From: a virus
Lineage: Duplodnaviria; Heunggongvirae; Uroviricota; Caudoviricetes
Length of the DNA: 64,000 nt
IMG/VR virus record: IMGVR_UViG_3300028833_002727
Direction: 5' to 3' (one strand)
In this document: piece by piece, positions 60,551 through 64,000 of the stretch
Layout of the letters: every line of letters begins with the position of its first letter
Position numbering within the stretch: position 1 is the stretch's first letter
Made by a program: the position numbers and the translations under genes
Notes under the pieces: generated by a model
Told to the model about the DNA's origin: nothing
Seen by the model: the letters and a program-made list of their open reading frames with translations, nothing else
Database searches by the model: none

Positions 60551-61040
60551 AAAATCGGTAGGTAAAAAACCAATTAAAAGAAAAAAACAAACGACCAGGG
60601 CTGCGAGGGTTAGAGAAATGAGAAAAAGGATGAAAGGTTCACAAGAATTTGGTACATCCAAACTTGAAGAGCGTTTCGCTAAAAATTTCTTAGATAAACT
60701 TAACATACCATATACATACCAATATAAAGCAACTGGAATAAATAGATATTTTGATTTTCGAGTTTTCCCAGAATTAAAAGGACCAATCATAGAAGTTCAA
60801 GGTACATATTGGCACGCTGATCCAAGGGTATATGAACAAAAAGATTTGAATAAAACCCAAAAATGGGACATTAAGGTTGATGAATTAAAAAAGAAATGGT
60901 GTATGCGAAACGCAATACCATTAATTTATGTGTGGGAAAAAGACATAAACGAACATCCATCAATGGTTTTAGATTATTTAAAAAAAGTATTAAAACCATA
61001 TCTAGATGGTTCAGAAGAAAATAGAAGAAAAAGACGGTAA
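60534..61040 (+). CDS. Vsr/DUF559-like nuclease with basic N-terminus
   Basis: TSKLEE, YFDF, IIEVQGTYWH, LIYVWE. Confidence 0.75.
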   Translation: MAQPIKKSVGKKPIKRKKQTTRAARVREMRKRMKGSQEFGTSKLEERFAKNFLDKLNIPYTYQYKATGINRYFDFRVFPELKGPIIEVQGTYWHADPRVYEQKDLNKTQKWDIKVDELKKKWCMRNAIPLIYVWEKDINEHPSMVLDYLKKVLKPYLDGSEENRRKRR

Positions 61041-61103
61041 TTATTTTTCCTTTTTTTGTAAGTTTTTGATTTTAAGTAGTATTTATACATAAAAACAAGA
61101 AAA

Positions 61104-62036
61104 ATGGATAAAGAAATACGGTTTAAAAATTTTATTGAAAAAGCGCATGAAGTTCATGGCAATAAATATGACTATTCTAAAGTGAATTATGTCAATTCTC
61201 TAACAAAAGTGTGCATTGTGTGTCCTATACATGGTGAATTTTTTGTACGTCCTAGTGATCATACACATAATCACGTTGGGTGTCAAAAATGTAGTGGATG
61301 TTACAGAAGTAATAAAAATGAATTTATTGAAAAAGCACAGAAAATTTATGGTAACAAATACGATTACAGTAAAGTTGAGTATGTGAACAATAAAACTAAA
61401 GTATGTATTATATGCCACGAAAAAGATGAATTTGGTGTTGAACATGGTGAGTTTTGGCAACGCCCAAACGATCATTTAAGTGGTTATGAATGTCCTAAGT
61501 GTGGCGGTAATCACATGCCAACGACTGAAGAGTGGATTAAAAAAGCTCAAATAATTCATAAAAACAAATATGATTACTCTAAGGTTCATTATATTGATGC
61601 GCATACAAAAGTTTGTATTATATGTCCAACCCATGGAGAATTTTGGCAAACACCAAATAATCATTTGAACGGTTGTGGTTGTCCTAATTGTAATAGTGAT
61701 AATAAAAGTAAAATGGAAGAAAACATACATAAACTTTTAAAGAAACATCATATAAAACATGAACGTCAAAAAACATTTATTTGGTTAAAAAATAAACGTA
61801 ATATGTTTTTAGATTTTTATTTACCAAATTACAATGTAGCAATAGAGGTTCAAGGAGAACAACATTTTAGAGCAATCGAAAAATTTGGTGGAAGTGATTT
61901 CTATTTATTACAACATGAACGAGATGAAATAAAAAAGAAATTATGTTTGGAGCATAACATAAAACTTTTTTATATAACAAAAAAAAACTATAACATCAAT
62001 GAAGTTCTCGAATATATTAAATCCAAAATTATATGA
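61104..62036 (+). mobile_element. Free-standing homing endonuclease (three DUF723-like Zn repeats + PD-(D/E)xK/DUF559 nuclease)
   Basis: 3x NKYDYSKVxYxxxxTKVCI; LDFYLP...AIEVQGEQHF; late motif at 61079-61086. Confidence 0.8.
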
Positions 62037-62247
62037 AGAAAAAGACTTGAACAAAACCCAAAAATGGAGTAAAAAGGTTGATGAAATGAAAAACAAGTGG
62101 TGTTCCAGAAATGGAGTACCGCTTATTCGCATTTGGGAGAAAGATATAAATGAACATCCAGAAAATGTATTGACTTTTTTAAAAGAAAAACTAGGTTTAC
62201 TAAAAGAGAAGAAAGATAGAGACGATAAGTTCAATAAAAGGCATTAA
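62020..62247 (+). pseudogene. Duplicated 3' half of the 60534..61040 gene
   Basis: 38 of 55 aa identical by hand alignment (KDLNKTQKW...WEKDINEHP). Confidence 0.75.
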
Positions 62248-62264
62248 AAAAATAGGAGATTTAC

Positions 62265-62891
62265 ATGAAAGTTAAATTTGTAATACCAGTAATAGATACA
62301 GAAACTGGTACATATGAATACCACGGACGTGATTTTGATATGGATGAGTATTTTAATATGATACGTAGCAGGGTTGACAGAACTAATCGTGCTATGGACG
62401 CGTTTGCTTATAATTACCGTAATGGATTTGGTGTTCAGAGAGATAGTTATTTAAATAGAGGACTATATGATATTGAAAATGTTGATAAAAACAAGGAAAT
62501 TGATTACACATTTTCAGAATCAGAAGCATTAGTTCTTGATGGTGACGACAACGATGTTCAAATACAGGATTTTTACGATTTAGTTGCGGCAGGTAAAAAA
62601 TGTTTGTTGAAAATTAACATTAACCCTAACTCACTTGATGGTGATGCCGAAAGTGAAATTCGTAAATGGCTTGACGAAAGTAACAAAGTGTTGAACGATA
62701 AAATGCTTGATAATAAAACTATGTTGTTATCATTGCCATTACGTGATTTTATTATTGATACAGCAACAGATGACGATGAAAGTAAACCAGTATTTCATAT
62801 AATTAACTGTAGAGTAATACAAATATATCCGAAGGAAAATGGATATAGTTATTATTTTGCTGTGATGTGTGGAAAAATAAGAAAGCAATAA
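62265..62891 (+). CDS. Hypothetical protein
   Basis: 208-aa ORF. Confidence 0.6.
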   Translation: MKVKFVIPVIDTETGTYEYHGRDFDMDEYFNMIRSRVDRTNRAMDAFAYNYRNGFGVQRDSYLNRGLYDIENVDKNKEIDYTFSESEALVLDGDDNDVQIQDFYDLVAAGKKCLLKININPNSLDGDAESEIRKWLDESNKVLNDKMLDNKTMLLSLPLRDFIIDTATDDDESKPVFHIINCRVIQIYPKENGYSYYFAVMCGKIRKQ

Positions 62892-62903
62892 CAATATACG
62901 GAT

Positions 62904-63968
62904 ATGAAAAAGGACAAAGAAACAAAACTTACAAACGCTGAGCGTTTACAGGCAGCACTAATCAATAGCACACCACTTATGGGTGATATTAAACCAATCA
63001 CTGACAATAAATTACACGTTGATGGAGAAAATATTACAATTGGTGAACTAACAGAACAAAACGATTACAAAACGATAGAGAAAGAACAACGTGACGAAAT
63101 TTTTGCTAAACAACAAAAAGATTTATCAAAATTTATTGAGGAAAATACAGACGATTACGTTGATTTTGATGAGCGATTAGAAGGCGATAGAGAGAATTTA
63201 TTCTATCAAAATCTTAACAAAAAATACATGGATTATATTGATAGTGTACAAACTAGAAAAGAGGAGCAAAACATTAAACCAGAGAAAGTACGTCTTCCAT
63301 GGTTCAGAAAAATTAGGATAAAACTTGCTTCTGAACTTTTCGAACATAAACTAAAAGCAAGCGACAATGCTGCTGGTTTGCGTTTCAAAAGAGTAATAAC
63401 AGATGATTTCTATGAACATTTGAGTTGGAGTGATGAAAAATTACTTCGTAGTTTCTTTGAAGGTAAAACTCGACTTAGTTCAACACAGGCAAAAGAATTT
63501 TTAACTTTCGGAAAAGTGTGGAGATTATTTGTATTAGCAATTAAATCGAAATGTGAACACATGAAATATAATCTATATCTAAAATTACACGGGTTAATTT
63601 TAAAATGTGTCAAAGATAGAGATTATTATGGACATAGTAATTTAGAGGAGATGATGAATTCAACTGGTGGACTTCCATATAGCACATTGTTGAGTAATCA
63701 CGGCATCGACCCTGACTGCATGAATTATATATCAGACACAGATGGAAATATAATTGATATTAGAAAAGAGTTGTTGAAACAAAAGATTGATGCAACACTA
63801 CCTAAACCAGTTGATTTCAATATAGATGATTTCTTCAAAAATCTCGAAGATGAGCACGACGTAGATACAACCGAAGATGAGACGGAGGAAACAGATACAA
63901 ATGATGTTGTTGAAACTGGTTTAGAAGAAGATAAAGAAAATACGGATGAAAATCCGAAGAAAGTTTAA
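62904..63968 (+). CDS. Hypothetical protein with acidic tail
   Basis: 354-aa ORF. Confidence 0.6.
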   Translation: MKKDKETKLTNAERLQAALINSTPLMGDIKPITDNKLHVDGENITIGELTEQNDYKTIEKEQRDEIFAKQQKDLSKFIEENTDDYVDFDERLEGDRENLFYQNLNKKYMDYIDSVQTRKEEQNIKPEKVRLPWFRKIRIKLASELFEHKLKASDNAAGLRFKRVITDDFYEHLSWSDEKLLRSFFEGKTRLSSTQAKEFLTFGKVWRLFVLAIKSKCEHMKYNLYLKLHGLILKCVKDRDYYGHSNLEEMMNSTGGLPYSTLLSNHGIDPDCMNYISDTDGNIIDIRKELLKQKIDATLPKPVDFNIDDFFKNLEDEHDVDTTEDETEETDTNDVVETGLEEDKENTDENPKKV

Positions 63969-64000
63969 TTTTCGGTAATTATTAGTAAAAGAAAATAATT

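Noticed and set aside
61999-62019. ATG start making 61999..62247 an independent gene
   Set aside because: Start lies inside the endonuclease gene, similarity begins only at 62020, and the catalytic N-terminal half is missing
61041-62036. Group I intron containing the endonuclease
   Set aside because: Upstream gene is already complete and the 63-nt AT-rich spacer leaves no room for a ribozyme core
1119-63613. Many short antisense or alternate-frame ORFs in the track
   Set aside because: Nested within long genes, shadow-type composition, no promoter or family motifs
1-64000. Stop-codon reassignment (TAG or TGA) as in some gut jumbo phages
   Set aside because: Core genes are full length under the standard code and coding density is already high
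1-64000. CRISPR array, tRNA, rRNA, reverse transcriptase/DGR
   Set aside because: No regularly spaced repeats, cloverleafs or RT motifs seen by eye; tRNAscan/Infernal not run

Overview
AT-rich (roughly 30% GC by eye), gene-dense segment of a large T4-like contractile-tailed (myo) phage, most likely infecting a Bacteroidota host: there is a canonical TTTG-N20-TATCTTTG promoter and starts generally lack Shine-Dalgarno sequences. Standard genetic code. The window holds dispersed T4-type virion genes (scaffold, gp23 major capsid, gp17 terminase, gp13/gp14 neck, gp20 portal, gp5-like hub, gp15-like, gp18 sheath, gp19 tube). It also has a gp55-like late sigma factor, family B DNA polymerase, an SNF2 helicase with a class 3 LAGLIDADG intein, UvrD, peptide deformylase, a three-glycosyltransferase cluster, WYL and SLOG proteins, and two free-standing homing-type endonucleases. 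Two promoter motifs recur: GTATTTAT before virion genes and TGTATATTTA before non-structural genes. Most unusual: (1) cut-down paralogues of the phage's own virion proteins, namely a 176-aa mini-capsid protein in the replication operon, a 64-aa peptide copying the sheath N-terminal arm, and a coiled-coil-fused tail-tube paralogue; (2) about ten unrelated proteins, several of them enzyme-like (ADP-ribosyltransferase-like, GNAT, PRTase, AEP-like, 3D, SprT), sharing an N-terminal leader that ends in a (L/I)-x-E protease-type site, suggesting a head-packaged effector set; (3) S/T-G-x-T motifs in virion proteins alongside the glycosyltransferases. All calls come from motif recognition by eye; no database searches were run.
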